64,000 bases of DNA, from the NCBI GenBank assembly GCA_001782235.1, contig MFOC01000007.1, positions 86,799-150,798 on the forward strand, given 5' to 3'. The stretch is from Candidatus Levybacteria bacterium RIFCSPHIGHO2_02_FULL_40_18 (GTDB lineage: Bacteria > Patescibacteriota > Microgenomatia > Levybacterales > GWA1-39-11). A program made the position numbers and the translations under genes. Under the pieces are notes generated by a model. The model had not been told where the DNA came from and did not search any database. It saw only the letters and a list, made by a program, of their open reading frames with translations. Each line of letters opens with the position of its first letter. Within the stretch, counting starts at the first letter, position 1. Of this stretch, positions 54,372 through 64,000 are shown one piece after another.

Positions 54372-56789
54372 CTAAATGGAGCCGCCAGGTCCGAGCCTTC
54401 CTTCTGGGCCTTTGTCAACGCTTGATTGAATATCGCCAAGCACTTCGTATAATCGCGATCTCTTAGCAATTTCTGCCTCAACCAATTCTTTTTGTTTTCC
54501 GTATTTGAGTCTTGATAATTCTCTAATTAATTCTGCGACTCTTGGATTTTCAAGCTTTTTCTCGGCAACCAAATCTCGAGTTAAGTCCAATGAAAATGGC
54601 GTGGTAGGCTCAGAATTAATCAGAGTTTTTACGTATGCATGGAATCTTTCAACATTAATTAAATCCGCTTCGTTAAACACCGGTTGAAATTCATGTTGCA
54701 GGTAATTTGCATCAGAAACTCCTACCCGAAATGAAATTAATGTTCCGACATTTCCAAAGATTGCGTTTTTAACATCCTCCTCAATTTGACCGATAAACTG
54801 GTTCGCAACCGTTAGGTTTAATCTATATTTTCGGGCCTCTGACAAAATTTGTCCAAAATCGGGAGTCGCAAAATTCTGAAACTCATCAACGTAAAGATAG
54901 AAATCCCTACGTTGGTCTTGCGGCACATCTTGCCTTGACATTGCTGCGGCAAGAATTTTTGGAACCAAAATTAAACCCAAGAAGGAGGAATTATCTTCTC
55001 CAATTTTTCCTTTGGCAAGAGAGATAAGTAAAATCTTTCCCTGGTCCATAACTTCTCGCAGTGAAAATGCGCTTTTTGATTGCCCTATGATATTTCTCAT
55101 CATGCGGTTTGTGACAAAGCGGCCGAATTTTGAAACTATATAATCCAACACCTCAGACTTATGAAAATCTGAGGTTTGCGCAATCTGATCAGTCCAGTAG
55201 CGGCGAACAATTGGATCTTGAACTTTCGGCAAGAGCTCCTGCACAAAGGAAGAATCGGTTAGGACTCGGACAACCTCAACAAAAGTATTCCCCGGCTCTG
55301 ACATAACAGTGTACATGGCATTTCTTATAGCATGCTCAAAACGCGGTCCAATAATGCCAGTTTTATTAGGATCATATAATTTGTACATAAGTCCTATTAT
55401 TGACGTAATTATTAGGTCTTTTTGCTCTTCGGTTTGAACGTCCAACATGTTTAGTCCCATTGGGCGTTCCGTGTCTCCCGGATCAAAAAGAATTACGTCT
55501 TCTGCGCGCTCCGGAGGAATGAGAGGCAAGAGCATATCGATTGTGTCATGAGGATCAATAAAACAAACTCCATATCCAGCGCGAATGTCTTGTAAGATCA
55601 TGTCTTTTAAAAATTCTGATTTTCCTACGCCTGTCTTACCTATAATATACATATGACGGCGTCTGTCATCCTCCCCGATATAAACAGGCCGCGAGATCCC
55701 GCGATAAATGCTTTTCCCAGTGTATAATCCGGCGGAAGGAATATTTGCGGGTGCAGGCGCGACTCGGGCACCTAGCCAATGGATAGCAGGTGTCTCAACC
55801 GTTTTATTTGGAAAATGAAAAATTGTTGCAAGTTCATCTGTTGTTAAAACTCCGGGGTTGTTTGGCACAAGCGGAAGTTGACGATAGATAAAATCAATCA
55901 TTGCCATTCCCTTAAACAATCTATGCTTCACTTTTTCAAAGGAGTTAAAAGAAGAGAACTGTGAGAATGAGCCCACAATATTTGTAAGATGTGCTTCTGC
56001 GGATTCCTTTGTTGAAGAAGCAGTAAGGATTCTAACATGCGTTTCAAATCCGGGCTTTGTAATCTTTTGCTCAATTGCCTCAAGTTCTTTTTGATCAACC
56101 GAGTATTTTGCAGTTTCAGGATTCGCCTCTCTCTTTTTAGTGGTTGTAATGTATGATCGGCCGCTTTTTTTCCAAGCGTCGCCGGTAAGGGTTATCAAAA
56201 TTTGTAAAGCCGCAGCTTCTCCTTCCTGCATTTTTCCTAATGTGCTTGTAATTGATGAAAGAGGATCAACCGGAAGATCCTTATAGGTTTTTATTGGAAG
56301 ATAATGAGCTTTTGAGAGCTTTAGTTGTGCGTAGGCGATTTTACCTGGATTTTCAAAAAGATTATATTCTTCAACCTGAAGAATCTGCGCGTCTGGATAG
56401 CTTCCATGAATCTGCTTTTCAACCATGTCGCGAAGCCTATTTGGCACGCCAACATAAAATCTTATATCTTGAGGTTTTGCGACTATTTCAAAAGATATAA
56501 TGTCGGGAACTTTAAGAAATCCAAAAATTCCCTTAGTTCCTGCGATTGAAGTAAGACCTGAGAATAATTGATCTGCAGCGTCTATTTTTATCTCGTTTTC
56601 GCGTGGGAGTGATACCTCAAGAAGAGATGAGTCAAGAGCCTTCTCGTGTCTTTCTTGGGATTTTCGCCAAAACCCTAATGCCAAAAAAATCCCTAACAGG
56701 CACGCAATAACTACGGATGCCATTAAAAAGGCTAGGAGAAAAACAAAGACTAGATTAATAATGGCTTGCGAAAAAGCATCAAGCTGCAC
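54372..56789 (-). CDS. VirD4/TraG/TraD-like type IV coupling protein (FtsK/HerA-fold ATPase)
   Basis: N-terminal TM helices, Walker A MYIIGKTGVGKSEF and Walker B FYLYVDEFQNFATP. About 800 aa, typical of T4CPs. Confidence 0.65.
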   Translation of the reverse strand: MQLDAFSQAIINLVFVFLLAFLMASVVIACLLGIFLALGFWRKSQERHEKALDSSLLEVSLPRENEIKIDAADQLFSGLTSIAGTKGIFGFLKVPDIISFEIVAKPQDIRFYVGVPNRLRDMVEKQIHGSYPDAQILQVEEYNLFENPGKIAYAQLKLSKAHYLPIKTYKDLPVDPLSSITSTLGKMQEGEAAALQILITLTGDAWKKSGRSYITTTKKREANPETAKYSVDQKELEAIEQKITKPGFETHVRILTASSTKESAEAHLTNIVGSFSQFSSFNSFEKVKHRLFKGMAMIDFIYRQLPLVPNNPGVLTTDELATIFHFPNKTVETPAIHWLGARVAPAPANIPSAGLYTGKSIYRGISRPVYIGEDDRRRHMYIIGKTGVGKSEFLKDMILQDIRAGYGVCFIDPHDTIDMLLPLIPPERAEDVILFDPGDTERPMGLNMLDVQTEEQKDLIITSIIGLMYKLYDPNKTGIIGPRFEHAIRNAMYTVMSEPGNTFVEVVRVLTDSSFVQELLPKVQDPIVRRYWTDQIAQTSDFHKSEVLDYIVSKFGRFVTNRMMRNIIGQSKSAFSLREVMDQGKILLISLAKGKIGEDNSSFLGLILVPKILAAAMSRQDVPQDQRRDFYLYVDEFQNFATPDFGQILSEARKYRLNLTVANQFIGQIEEDVKNAIFGNVGTLISFRVGVSDANYLQHEFQPVFNEADLINVERFHAYVKTLINSEPTTPFSLDLTRDLVAEKKLENPRVAELIRELSRLKYGKQKELVEAEIAKRSRLYEVLGDIQSSVDKGPEGRLGPGGSI

Positions 56790-57114
56790 GTTCTCTCCTT
56801 TCCTGTTGTTTTCTCATAAATATTGAGCCCCAAAAAGAAGGATCATCAAATTTCCCAGGTCCCTGTGCTCTAGGGGGTTTAACTGTAGCCTCTGATTTTA
56901 TTTCGAACTGTGAGGAATCAAGAGCTTGAGGCTCTGTTGAAACTTGCGTAAGTTCTCCCCTTGTCTCCACACCGTGCGATGAAAGCTCTGAATGAATTCT
57001 TGCTAAATGTTCCATATCGCTTACTGTTTCGACATGAGGCGAAACTTCAGGAGGAACAAAAGGCGTAACCGCTTCAGCGCTTGGTTTTACAATTTCTTTT
57101 GTGCTGTCTGGCAT
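56779..57114 (-). CDS. hypothetical protein
   Basis: The ORF as listed (start 57222) would overlap tRNA-Ser. The internal Met at 57114 (MPDSTKEIVKP) avoids this. Confidence 0.35.
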   Translation of the reverse strand: MPDSTKEIVKPSAEAVTPFVPPEVSPHVETVSDMEHLARIHSELSSHGVETRGELTQVSTEPQALDSSQFEIKSEATVKPPRAQGPGKFDDPSFWGSIFMRKQQERRERAA

Positions 57115-57197
57115 GGATACATGATAGCACAAGAGCCGTTCGGCGGCAACCAAACCAGCCTCATAAAAAGGTAACAAAAAGGCAACAAAAATGAGGG

Positions 57198-57281
57198 CGG
57201 AGGGTGTGGGAGTCGAACCCACTAGCCCCTTGCGGGGCGTGGTTTAGCAAACCACTCTCGTGACCGTCTGAGTCACCCTCC
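57198..57281 (-). tRNA. tRNA-Ser (anticodon GCT)
   Basis: Acceptor GGAGGGT/ACCCTCC, anticodon stem GTGGT/ACCAC with loop TTGCTAA, long variable arm GCCCCGCAAGGGGCT, T-arm GTGGG-TTCGACT-CCCAC. Length 84 nt. Confidence 0.85.
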
Positions 57282-57300
57282 AAAACTAGAACGGAGTGTG

Positions 57301-57385
57301 CGGAGGGTACAGGATTCGAACCTGTGAAGGGATTGCTCCCTCGAGTTTTCAAGACTCGCGCAATTGGCCTCTATGCGAACCCTCC
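57301..57385 (-). tRNA. tRNA-Ser (anticodon TGA)
   Basis: Acceptor GGAGGGT/ACCCTCC, anticodon stem CGAGT/ACTCG with loop CTTGAAA, long variable arm AGGGAGCAATCCCTT, T-arm ACAGG-TTCGAAT-CCTGT. Length 85 nt. Confidence 0.85.
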
Positions 57386-57473
57386 ATTTGACCTCAATAT
57401 TATATCCGATTACGCTCTACCGAACAAGCTCGCGGGGCTTGACCAAGAATTAATATATTGATACGATGACTTT

Positions 57474-57956
57474 ATGGACGTATTCGGTTTTCTTTTAAGT
57501 AAGCCTGTTTTAATAGGTCTTCATCTTGGGTTTGCGATTGTTGGAATTGATGCATTTTTATGGCTTTTTGGTGAGCTGAAAAACAGAACTTGGAACACAA
57601 GACACATTCGCATAACCGCAGTTATCGGCGTTGTGGGATTTGTTTTAAGTTGGATCTTTGGAGGATACTACTATGTGGCATATTACGGCTCTTTGGTTAA
57701 GCCTGTGATTAAAAGCGGTCTTGCGCCTTGGGCACACAACATCATTATGGAAACAAAAGAGCATATCTTCCTCTTCATCGTACCCCTTGCTATAACTGCT
57801 ATTACAATTGCTTTTCTTAATCAGGATGAATTTCAAAAGTTAAATATTCGTCGTTCAACATTCTTATTGGTAGGTTTTGTTGCCGTTTTGGGACTTACAG
57901 TCGGTCTTATGGGCTTTATTATCTCATCGGCCGCACGCTGGGGAGCGCTGCAATAA
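57474..57956 (+). CDS. integral membrane protein (4 TM)
   Basis: Hydrophobic profile only. Confidence 0.45.
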   Translation: MDVFGFLLSKPVLIGLHLGFAIVGIDAFLWLFGELKNRTWNTRHIRITAVIGVVGFVLSWIFGGYYYVAYYGSLVKPVIKSGLAPWAHNIIMETKEHIFLFIVPLAITAITIAFLNQDEFQKLNIRRSTFLLVGFVAVLGLTVGLMGFIISSAARWGALQ

Positions 57957-57958
57957 AA

Positions 57959-58279
57959 ATGAAAAAATCTCGTGTTATTTATGCTTCATCAATTGCTGCT
58001 TTTATAAATGCTGTTTTTGTGACGGCAATTACCATATCTGCAGAGCTTAGCGTGGCATTTAAGAGTTGGCTACAAGAGATATCGGGCCATCACTGGGTCT
58101 CAAAAAGCATACTCGCGATGGCGCTTTACACAATAATATTGCTTCTCGTATATACGATTTCCCAAGATGTAAGTTCAAAAAAAGTAAGAAATGCAGTATA
58201 TTTTGCTACCTGGTCAGCCTTCGCCGGGGCAATTGTGATTTTTGCCTTCTTCGCTGGTCATCACCTCAAGTTGTATTAA
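57959..58279 (+). CDS. integral membrane protein (3 TM)
   Basis: Tightly follows the previous gene. Hydrophobic profile only. Confidence 0.45.
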   Translation: MKKSRVIYASSIAAFINAVFVTAITISAELSVAFKSWLQEISGHHWVSKSILAMALYTIILLLVYTISQDVSSKKVRNAVYFATWSAFAGAIVIFAFFAGHHLKLY

Positions 58280-58290
58280 AAATATTACGG

Positions 58291-58851
58291 TTAGAGTTTT
58301 ATGAATCGAGAGGCCAGGAGTACAAGAATTACACCTGAGACATTTAGAATAAATGAAAGAAGTAAAAAGGTTCTGGTCTTCATTTTTGAGATTCCCATGA
58401 GCGTCACGCCCACCTCATCGGGAAGTGGCGATGCAATCACTATTGCCCCAAAAACCGGAAACATCCAGCGGAAATGTTTTGTATGAAGAAGTTTTATTAA
58501 GTGGTGGTTGTGATCCATGCTGTCATAAATAGGTTTTATTTCAGTGACGAGCCTATCCTTAACAAATCGAAATAGCATAAAATCTCCAAAAACTCCACCG
58601 GCGCCTGCAATTATTCCTATCAGTGGAAGACTCAATTTTTCTGCTAAAATCAAAAGAGTTACGACACCCGTAGAAAAACCAAAAGTTGACACAAAGAGCA
58701 TTCCGGCAAAGAAGGCTCCTGCATATCCGTAATTGCCTAGATTTAGGAGAAGTTGATGGAACGGTTCAAATCTTCCTAAGAAAAAGGCAAAGGTTAGAGA
58801 AACAAAAAGAAAAGTAAGGTTTTTATATTTCCAGGATTGCCAAAAGCTCAT
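58291..58851 (-). CDS. DedA/TVP38-like membrane protein
   Basis: About 185 aa, 4-5 TM, ...GYAGAFFAGML... and ...GVFGDFMLFRFVKDRL... resemble DedA-family re-entrant motifs. Confidence 0.4.
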   Translation of the reverse strand: MSFWQSWKYKNLTFLFVSLTFAFFLGRFEPFHQLLLNLGNYGYAGAFFAGMLFVSTFGFSTGVVTLLILAEKLSLPLIGIIAGAGGVFGDFMLFRFVKDRLVTEIKPIYDSMDHNHHLIKLLHTKHFRWMFPVFGAIVIASPLPDEVGVTLMGISKMKTRTFLLLSFILNVSGVILVLLASRFIKL

Positions 58852-59152
58852 TTTATTCTTAAGTATAACAAAAAGGAAGTATAGTCAATTTGTCTTTCGA
58901 CAAATTAACCAAACGAAGACGATTACAGGATGGCCGGAATTCTTATAGATGCAAGCGTATTTGCGAGCACTAGCGCTATTATGACCGCTACGGTAAATGC
59001 AATTAATACATTTATTTCAAGCGCTCTTTTTAAAAATCGAGGCATGCTAAATCCCAGCCTGTAATTTGCGCTGTATATCCTAAAAGAATAGAGAACATTA
59101 AACATTACCAAGAATACGGCAGTCGCAAAAAACAGAGAATACACGATAAGTT

Positions 59153-59938
59153 TCACAAATTCCAAATTGTTTCACCTCCCTCCGGGCCAGAGGTCCTCAA
59201 GGGCGGGTGGCTTTTCTGTCCGTTAAAACCCTGATTCTTAATTTCTTCTACGTATTTCCATTTCCCCTCTTGATCCTTATCTTTTAAATACCAAGCATTA
59301 GCATCTTTTACCTGGCTATTTACATAAGGGTTAGTGGGGCTCAAAGTTCTATGTAGATGGGATTCTATTTTTTTGGGATTGGGAATAGAGGTAAAGACGA
59401 ATTCCACTTGGTGGGTGGGTCTATCGAAAGTTATTATTACGTCTCCAACGTCCAATAACTCATTAATAATCCCCTCAATCCTCGTATCAATTTCCGTGCA
59501 TCTGACTTGGTCAAGAAGGACCTCATTAACATGGCGAGCCGAAAGAGGCCTGTAGGCTACCTCGGTGATTTTTCTGTTTGTTACAATATACAAATTGAAG
59601 TACCAATCTACTATGGATTTGAGCACCATGGTGAATGTAAATATGAATATCAATGAGAACGCGATGATAATAAGCGGCAGAAGACTTGGGAAAAAGGGAT
59701 ATAGAACAAGGAATATAATGAAGGAAAGAAGTACAATAGCAACTGCGAATAGGGAGGGGAATACAAATATTGACCAATGCTTTCTCTGGACAAGAATGAG
59801 TTCTTCTCCTGGGAGGGTAAGGAATTTTGATTTAATCGCTCTGGCAGCGCGAATTTCTTTTTCAGGCATATCTTTCCTCCTTTCTTTCGAAATGCCTATT
59901 CTAGTTGTTATCCTCCGTCCATAAGTTTGAAAAAGCAC
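59153..59938 (-). CDS. bacterial PH-domain (bPH_2) membrane protein, paralog of 51582..52217
   Basis: Two TM helices, then LYIVTNRKITEVAYRPLSARHVNEVLLDQVR. Confidence 0.55.
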   Translation of the reverse strand: MLFQTYGRRITTRIGISKERRKDMPEKEIRAARAIKSKFLTLPGEELILVQRKHWSIFVFPSLFAVAIVLLSFIIFLVLYPFFPSLLPLIIIAFSLIFIFTFTMVLKSIVDWYFNLYIVTNRKITEVAYRPLSARHVNEVLLDQVRCTEIDTRIEGIINELLDVGDVIITFDRPTHQVEFVFTSIPNPKKIESHLHRTLSPTNPYVNSQVKDANAWYLKDKDQEGKWKYVEEIKNQGFNGQKSHPPLRTSGPEGGETIWNL

Positions 59939-60034
59939 CTTGTTTATACTCTATGAAAAATATTCATTCAGTAAACAACATTACCCATAAATTGTAATCT
60001 TACTTACATTTTAGGCATGTGATATAATTGCTTT

Positions 60035-60688
60035 ATGGAAGAAGGGGAACAAAAGCTTTTAAAGTTTTTTTCAAAATTTCGGAAGCTCGATTATAAAAAA
60101 CATGAGGTTATTATTCGCGCAGACGAAATCCCACAAGGAGTTTACTATCTTAAAAAAGGATATGTAAGATTATACTCTATATCAGAAGCTGGCCAAGAAT
60201 TAACCCTCATCATATTTAAACCTAATGATGTGTTCCCAATAAGATGGGCGATAACAGACGCCTCTCCATACTATTTTGATACTTTGACGCCCATTGAGGT
60301 GATGAGAGCTCCAAGAGAACAATTTTTAGAGTTCCTTCAGCAAGATCCTGAGGTGCTATATAAAGTGTTAAGTAATATTTTAATAAGACTTGGAGGTCTT
60401 CTTGAGCGAATGGAGTATCTTATTTTTGGGGATGCGCATCAGAAAGTTGCCTCAATTCTTGTAATATGCGCAGAAAGATTTGGCATAACAAGCATTAGAG
60501 GAATTATTATTAGAGTCCCTCTAACTCATAAAGACATAGCAAATCTGATAGGACTAACGCGGGAGACTACAAGCATTGAAATTAAGAAGCTTGAGAAACT
60601 CAGGGTTCTTAAGAAAGAAAGCGGAAGATTTTTGATTAAAAATGTCACGAAATTAAAACAAGAGGCAAACTGGTACAAATTCGGATAA
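60035..60688 (+). CDS. Crp/Fnr-family transcriptional regulator
   Basis: cNMP-binding-like beta-barrel, then C-terminal HTH VPLTHKDIANLIGLTRETTSIEIKKLEKLRVL. Confidence 0.8.
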   Translation: MEEGEQKLLKFFSKFRKLDYKKHEVIIRADEIPQGVYYLKKGYVRLYSISEAGQELTLIIFKPNDVFPIRWAITDASPYYFDTLTPIEVMRAPREQFLEFLQQDPEVLYKVLSNILIRLGGLLERMEYLIFGDAHQKVASILVICAERFGITSIRGIIIRVPLTHKDIANLIGLTRETTSIEIKKLEKLRVLKKESGRFLIKNVTKLKQEANWYKFG

Positions 60689-60750
60689 GTTATTGACAAA
60701 CATCAAGTCGCCTGCTAGTATTACCTTGCTTCTGCCCGAACAATAATCAT

Positions 60751-62283
60751 ATGTCGTTCCGAGGCATTGAAGGAGATCCGCGACAAAGAGGAGCACAGGA
60801 ACCCCAACGCCCCCAGATTGGCACTGAGTTTGATTTCGGAGGCGTAAAAGAGAGCGTTGTTACACGTGATGATTTTCCCCTCGAACAGGCAAGACAGGTT
60901 TTAGGGAAGGAAACGATAGCAGTTGTTGGCTATGGAGTACAGGGGCCGGCCCAAAGCTTAAATCTCCGCGATAATGGTTTCAATGTTATAATTGGACAAA
61001 GGGAAGGTAGGACATATGACAAGGCGCTAGAAGACGGATGGATCCCTGGAGTTAGTCTTTTTTCGATTGAAGAAGCAATAAAACGGTCTACGCAACCGGA
61101 AAGGCCGTTAAAACCCGGACAGATACAGTATTTACTTTCAGATGCTGGACAAAAAGACCAATGGCCAAATATAAGAGACCTACTTTCATCTGGTGCTAGC
61201 CTTTATTTTTCTCACGGATTTGGATTCACTTTTCGAGAACAAACAGGGATTAACCCTCCGGAAGAAATTGACGTTATACTAGTTGCTCCAAAAGGAGCAG
61301 GGAGAAGTGTCCGCGAACATTTCCAAGCAGGGCGCGGAATAAATTCAAGCTATGCCGTTGGGCAAGACGCAACAGGCAGGGCACTTGAGAGAACTCTTGC
61401 AACGGGAATGGCAATCGGCTCTGGATTTTTATTCGAGACGACTTTTGAAGATGAAGTATTTTCTGACTTAACAGGAGAACGGGGGGTATTACTCGGAGCT
61501 GTCTATGGGCTTTGGCAGGGCGCCTACAATGTTTTGCGCCAAAACAATTTATCACCTCACGATGCAGTGCTTCATACGGTCGAGATTTCTACTCAAACAA
61601 TATCGAAAATTATCGGAGAAAAAGGCGGAGACGGTTTATTAAAAGATTTGCCGCCCAATTTAGTTCCTTACTTTTTAGGCGGGCTTAGAAGTGCGTTTGA
61701 AAGAAGCAGGTCGGTCTTTGAAGATCTATATGGAAAAGTCGCGACAGGAGTTGAGGTAACAAGAGTGCTTGAAGCAAACAGCAAGCCTGATTACCGTGAG
61801 ACATTAAATAGAGAGCTTGCCGAAATAGCCGGCTCAGAATTCGGACGCGCTGCAACAAACATAAGAGAAAGAAGAAAGGATGGCCCTACTGTTGCGGAGA
61901 AAATTGAAAACAGATTCGACGCGGTTATGGCAGGAGCACTTATTGGAATAATGCACGCGCAGTATGACCTTTTTAGGGAAAAAGGTCATAAACCAAGCGA
62001 AGCATTTAATGAGACGGTTGAAGAGGCAACGCAAAGTTTGTACCCTTTGGTTGACAGAAACGGAATTGACTGGATGTATGCGAACTGCTCAACTACAGCG
62101 CAACGAGGCGCGCTTGACTGGAACGGCCGCTTTAGAAGTGTTCTTGAGAGAGGATTTGTTGATGCATATCAAGAGCGCGTTGTATCTCAAAGTCTTCTGG
62201 ATTATATTATGGATTCTGAAATGTGGAAGGCCGGAGAAACCGTCCGCTATCTTAGGCCTGAGAACCAGAGACTTGTTCGTTGA
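60751..62283 (+). CDS. ilvC: ketol-acid reductoisomerase (class II, long form) IlvC
   Basis: Rossmann motif IAVVGYGVQGPAQSLNLRDNGFNVIIGQREG and about 500-aa length with a duplicated knotted domain. Confidence 0.75.
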   Translation: MSFRGIEGDPRQRGAQEPQRPQIGTEFDFGGVKESVVTRDDFPLEQARQVLGKETIAVVGYGVQGPAQSLNLRDNGFNVIIGQREGRTYDKALEDGWIPGVSLFSIEEAIKRSTQPERPLKPGQIQYLLSDAGQKDQWPNIRDLLSSGASLYFSHGFGFTFREQTGINPPEEIDVILVAPKGAGRSVREHFQAGRGINSSYAVGQDATGRALERTLATGMAIGSGFLFETTFEDEVFSDLTGERGVLLGAVYGLWQGAYNVLRQNNLSPHDAVLHTVEISTQTISKIIGEKGGDGLLKDLPPNLVPYFLGGLRSAFERSRSVFEDLYGKVATGVEVTRVLEANSKPDYRETLNRELAEIAGSEFGRAATNIRERRKDGPTVAEKIENRFDAVMAGALIGIMHAQYDLFREKGHKPSEAFNETVEEATQSLYPLVDRNGIDWMYANCSTTAQRGALDWNGRFRSVLERGFVDAYQERVVSQSLLDYIMDSEMWKAGETVRYLRPENQRLVR

Positions 62284-62683
62284 CCTCTTCGATTTCGTCG
62301 TATCCTGTAAAGCCGGGAATCATTCTTGATGTTAAAAACAAAGGTCTCAAGCCATGATTTTTGATACCAAAAACTTCATAAGGCTCGATTGTAATAGTTA
62401 AAAGTTCGTTTAAAATCCTCTGCGAATTATTCGCTCGTAAAATTTCAAAATCTCCTGGTTCTTGAAAATTTATTTGTTCCCGCCATTCGGGTTCTCTCTT
62501 GTGGAGGTGTCTTGGAATTTGAGAATTCGGATTTACTTTTAACGCAAAGACGGAGAAAAAGGGCATATCAGGGTTTTCTGGATTAATTTCCTCAGCCAGC
62601 TTAAAAAGAAAAACTCCCGGGTATGGAGTTTCCTTCCAGTCAAGTTCCTCCCAATCAGGCACCCCAACCGCTTCCTGTTTCAT
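62252..62683 (-). CDS. hypothetical protein (possible cupin-like)
   Basis: H-x-H...E pattern (IPRHLHKREPEW). Weak. Confidence 0.35.
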   Translation of the reverse strand: MKQEAVGVPDWEELDWKETPYPGVFLFKLAEEINPENPDMPFFSVFALKVNPNSQIPRHLHKREPEWREQINFQEPGDFEILRANNSQRILNELLTITIEPYEVFGIKNHGLRPLFLTSRMIPGFTGYDEIEEVNEQVSGSQA

Positions 62684-62822
62684 ACACCGCGAGTATACTA
62701 CTTCCTCGCCACAATCACAATATTACTCCCTCTTCCACCTAAGCTTTTGCTATACTGGAAATATAGAACCAACAACTCGAGAAAATATAACAAGCACACC
62801 TTCTTCTGAGATTCAGTCTCAA

Positions 62823-63512
62823 ATGCCACCTCAGCCCGAAAAGCCAGCTTTTAATAAGCGAATAGTTGTTGTCTCTATAGCAGTTATCGCGCTTGTCATA
62901 ATCGCCGGAATTATAGGTTATATTTTCAAGGATTATCTTTTGGGAAATGCAGAACGAGAGAATCCGACCACAACAGTAGTTAACTTAGCTACGCCAACAC
63001 CAACCCCAGCGGATAATTTACCTAAGTCGACATTGTACAAAAATGAACAATTTCAATATGAATTGGAATATCCCACAAACTGGGAGGTTACTGAGGCTAA
63101 ACCGAGAATAGGAAATAAAGTAGAATGGGCAGGGGATATTCTTCTAGAGGGAGAGTTGCAAAAAGTAACATTTACAGAGGAGGAGAAAAAAGATTGGCCA
63201 GGAGAATTTCAAATTAGAGTTATGGAAAATTCCAATAATGACACAGTTGAAACCTGGATCGAAAATAATAAACCAAAGGCGGCTGGTGGGGCCAATTTAT
63301 TAAGAGGTACAGTTGATACGGTTTTAGACAACTCGGAAGCGAAAAGGCTGTCTATTTTTGGATTCGATAGGGAGATTACTGAACTAGTGGCTCTAAAAAA
63401 TGGCTACATTTATAAATTGATTTTTGATGGAGAGAATCCAAATGATCCTGATCGCGAGAAACATCAGAAGATTTATGAAAAAATGGTATCAAGCTTTAAA
63501 TTTACAAAATAG
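62823..63512 (+). CDS. hypothetical membrane-anchored secreted protein
   Basis: N-terminal TM VVVSIAVIALVIIAGIIGYIF, Thr/Pro linker, globular C-terminal domain. Confidence 0.5.
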   Translation: MPPQPEKPAFNKRIVVVSIAVIALVIIAGIIGYIFKDYLLGNAERENPTTTVVNLATPTPTPADNLPKSTLYKNEQFQYELEYPTNWEVTEAKPRIGNKVEWAGDILLEGELQKVTFTEEEKKDWPGEFQIRVMENSNNDTVETWIENNKPKAAGGANLLRGTVDTVLDNSEAKRLSIFGFDREITELVALKNGYIYKLIFDGENPNDPDREKHQKIYEKMVSSFKFTK

Positions 63513-63514
63513 AC

Positions 63515-64000
63515 CTAGGCTTTCACAGCCTTAATCACGATGTTGTTTGGCTTCCACCTTCCTCCCCACAACAAAGATATCACCCTTTTTATTCGATAGA
63601 AATTTTTAAATGCAAAAAAACATCTCTTTTCAAGCACTCTGAATCCTGAAAGTTTAAGTTCTGTAAAGACTATCGACTCAGTATATTCTCGTACATGTGA
63701 ACTCGGATTTTCTTTCATAAATTTTAGCCCCTCATTTAAAGGAGTAGATAAAATGAATATACCAGTTGGTTTTAAGAGGCTTCGAATATCTTTATAAAGT
63801 TTAAAAATCTTTCGAGGAGATATGTGTTCAATTAATTCTATTGCAACAACTGCATCGAAATAATTTTTTTTATAATAATTTCTAATTTGTAAAACGTTAC
63901 CTATATTAAATTTGCCCCTGATCCTTTTCTTTAATCGGGCGATCGATCTCTTCGATACGTCTATTCCATAAAGTTCATAATTTTTCCCAAGTTCTTGTAA
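63515..64000 (-). CDS. class I SAM-dependent methyltransferase (N-terminus beyond window end)
   Basis: The minus-strand frame is open from 64000 down to the stop at 63515. The track's 67-aa ORF is only its tail. Motifs YELYGIDVS, FDAVVAIELIEH, LKPTGIFILSTP. Confidence 0.65.
   Translation of the reverse strand, partial: LQELGKNYELYGIDVSKRSIARLKKRIRGKFNIGNVLQIRNYYKKNYFDAVVAIELIEHISPRKIFKLYKDIRSLLKPTGIFILSTPLNEGLKFMKENPSSHVREYTESIVFTELKLSGFRVLEKRCFFAFKNFYRIKRVISLLWGGRWKPNNIVIKAVKA

Noticed and set aside
63515-63718. Stand-alone 67-aa ORF
   Set aside because: It is only the C-terminal tail of a longer methyltransferase frame that stays open to the window end.

Overview
This 64-kb window is gene-dense, AT-rich bacterial chromosome. 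The gene content and short, often leaderless genes suggest a reduced-genome (CPR/Patescibacteria-like) organism; that is inference. Housekeeping genes include dnaG-rpoD (dnaG runs off the 5' edge), ruvC-ruvA-ruvB, and dnaA-dnaN. The dnaA promoter carries a consensus DnaA box, and the AT-rich dnaA-dnaN spacer is a likely oriC. A B12 module is present: nrdR, class II ribonucleotide reductase nrdJ, a cobalamin-riboswitch-like leader and a PduO-type adenosyltransferase. comFC, smpB with a downstream tmRNA (ssrA), Crp/Fnr and ilvC follow. I count four clear tRNAs (Asn-GTT, Ser-GCT, Ser-TGA, a probable Ile-TAT) and one degenerate tRNA-like element. There are two type II toxin-antitoxin pairs, BrnT/BrnA and VapB/VapC. 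The accessory core (about 20.2-42.3 kb, plus a VirD4/TraG-like coupling ATPase at 54.4-56.8 kb) looks like a type-IV-secretion or conjugative-pilus-like island. It carries a VirB4 split into an N-domain ORF and an ATPase ORF, a VirB3-like membrane protein, and a cell-wall hydrolase with SLT-like and M23-like motifs. It also has four paralogous T4SS-pilin-like genes (one a 465-aa Cys-rich extended form), a VirB6/TrbL-like polytopic protein, an AAA-ATPase-wHTH regulator and two unknown proteins of about 1000 aa. A dispersed family of at least seven purine-word/pyrimidine-word palindromic intergenic elements threads through the island. Near-identical inverted copies flank the extended-pilin gene. 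The window also has a thrice-repeated 45-bp promoter-like element and CTAG-rich motif clusters at two divergent promoters.
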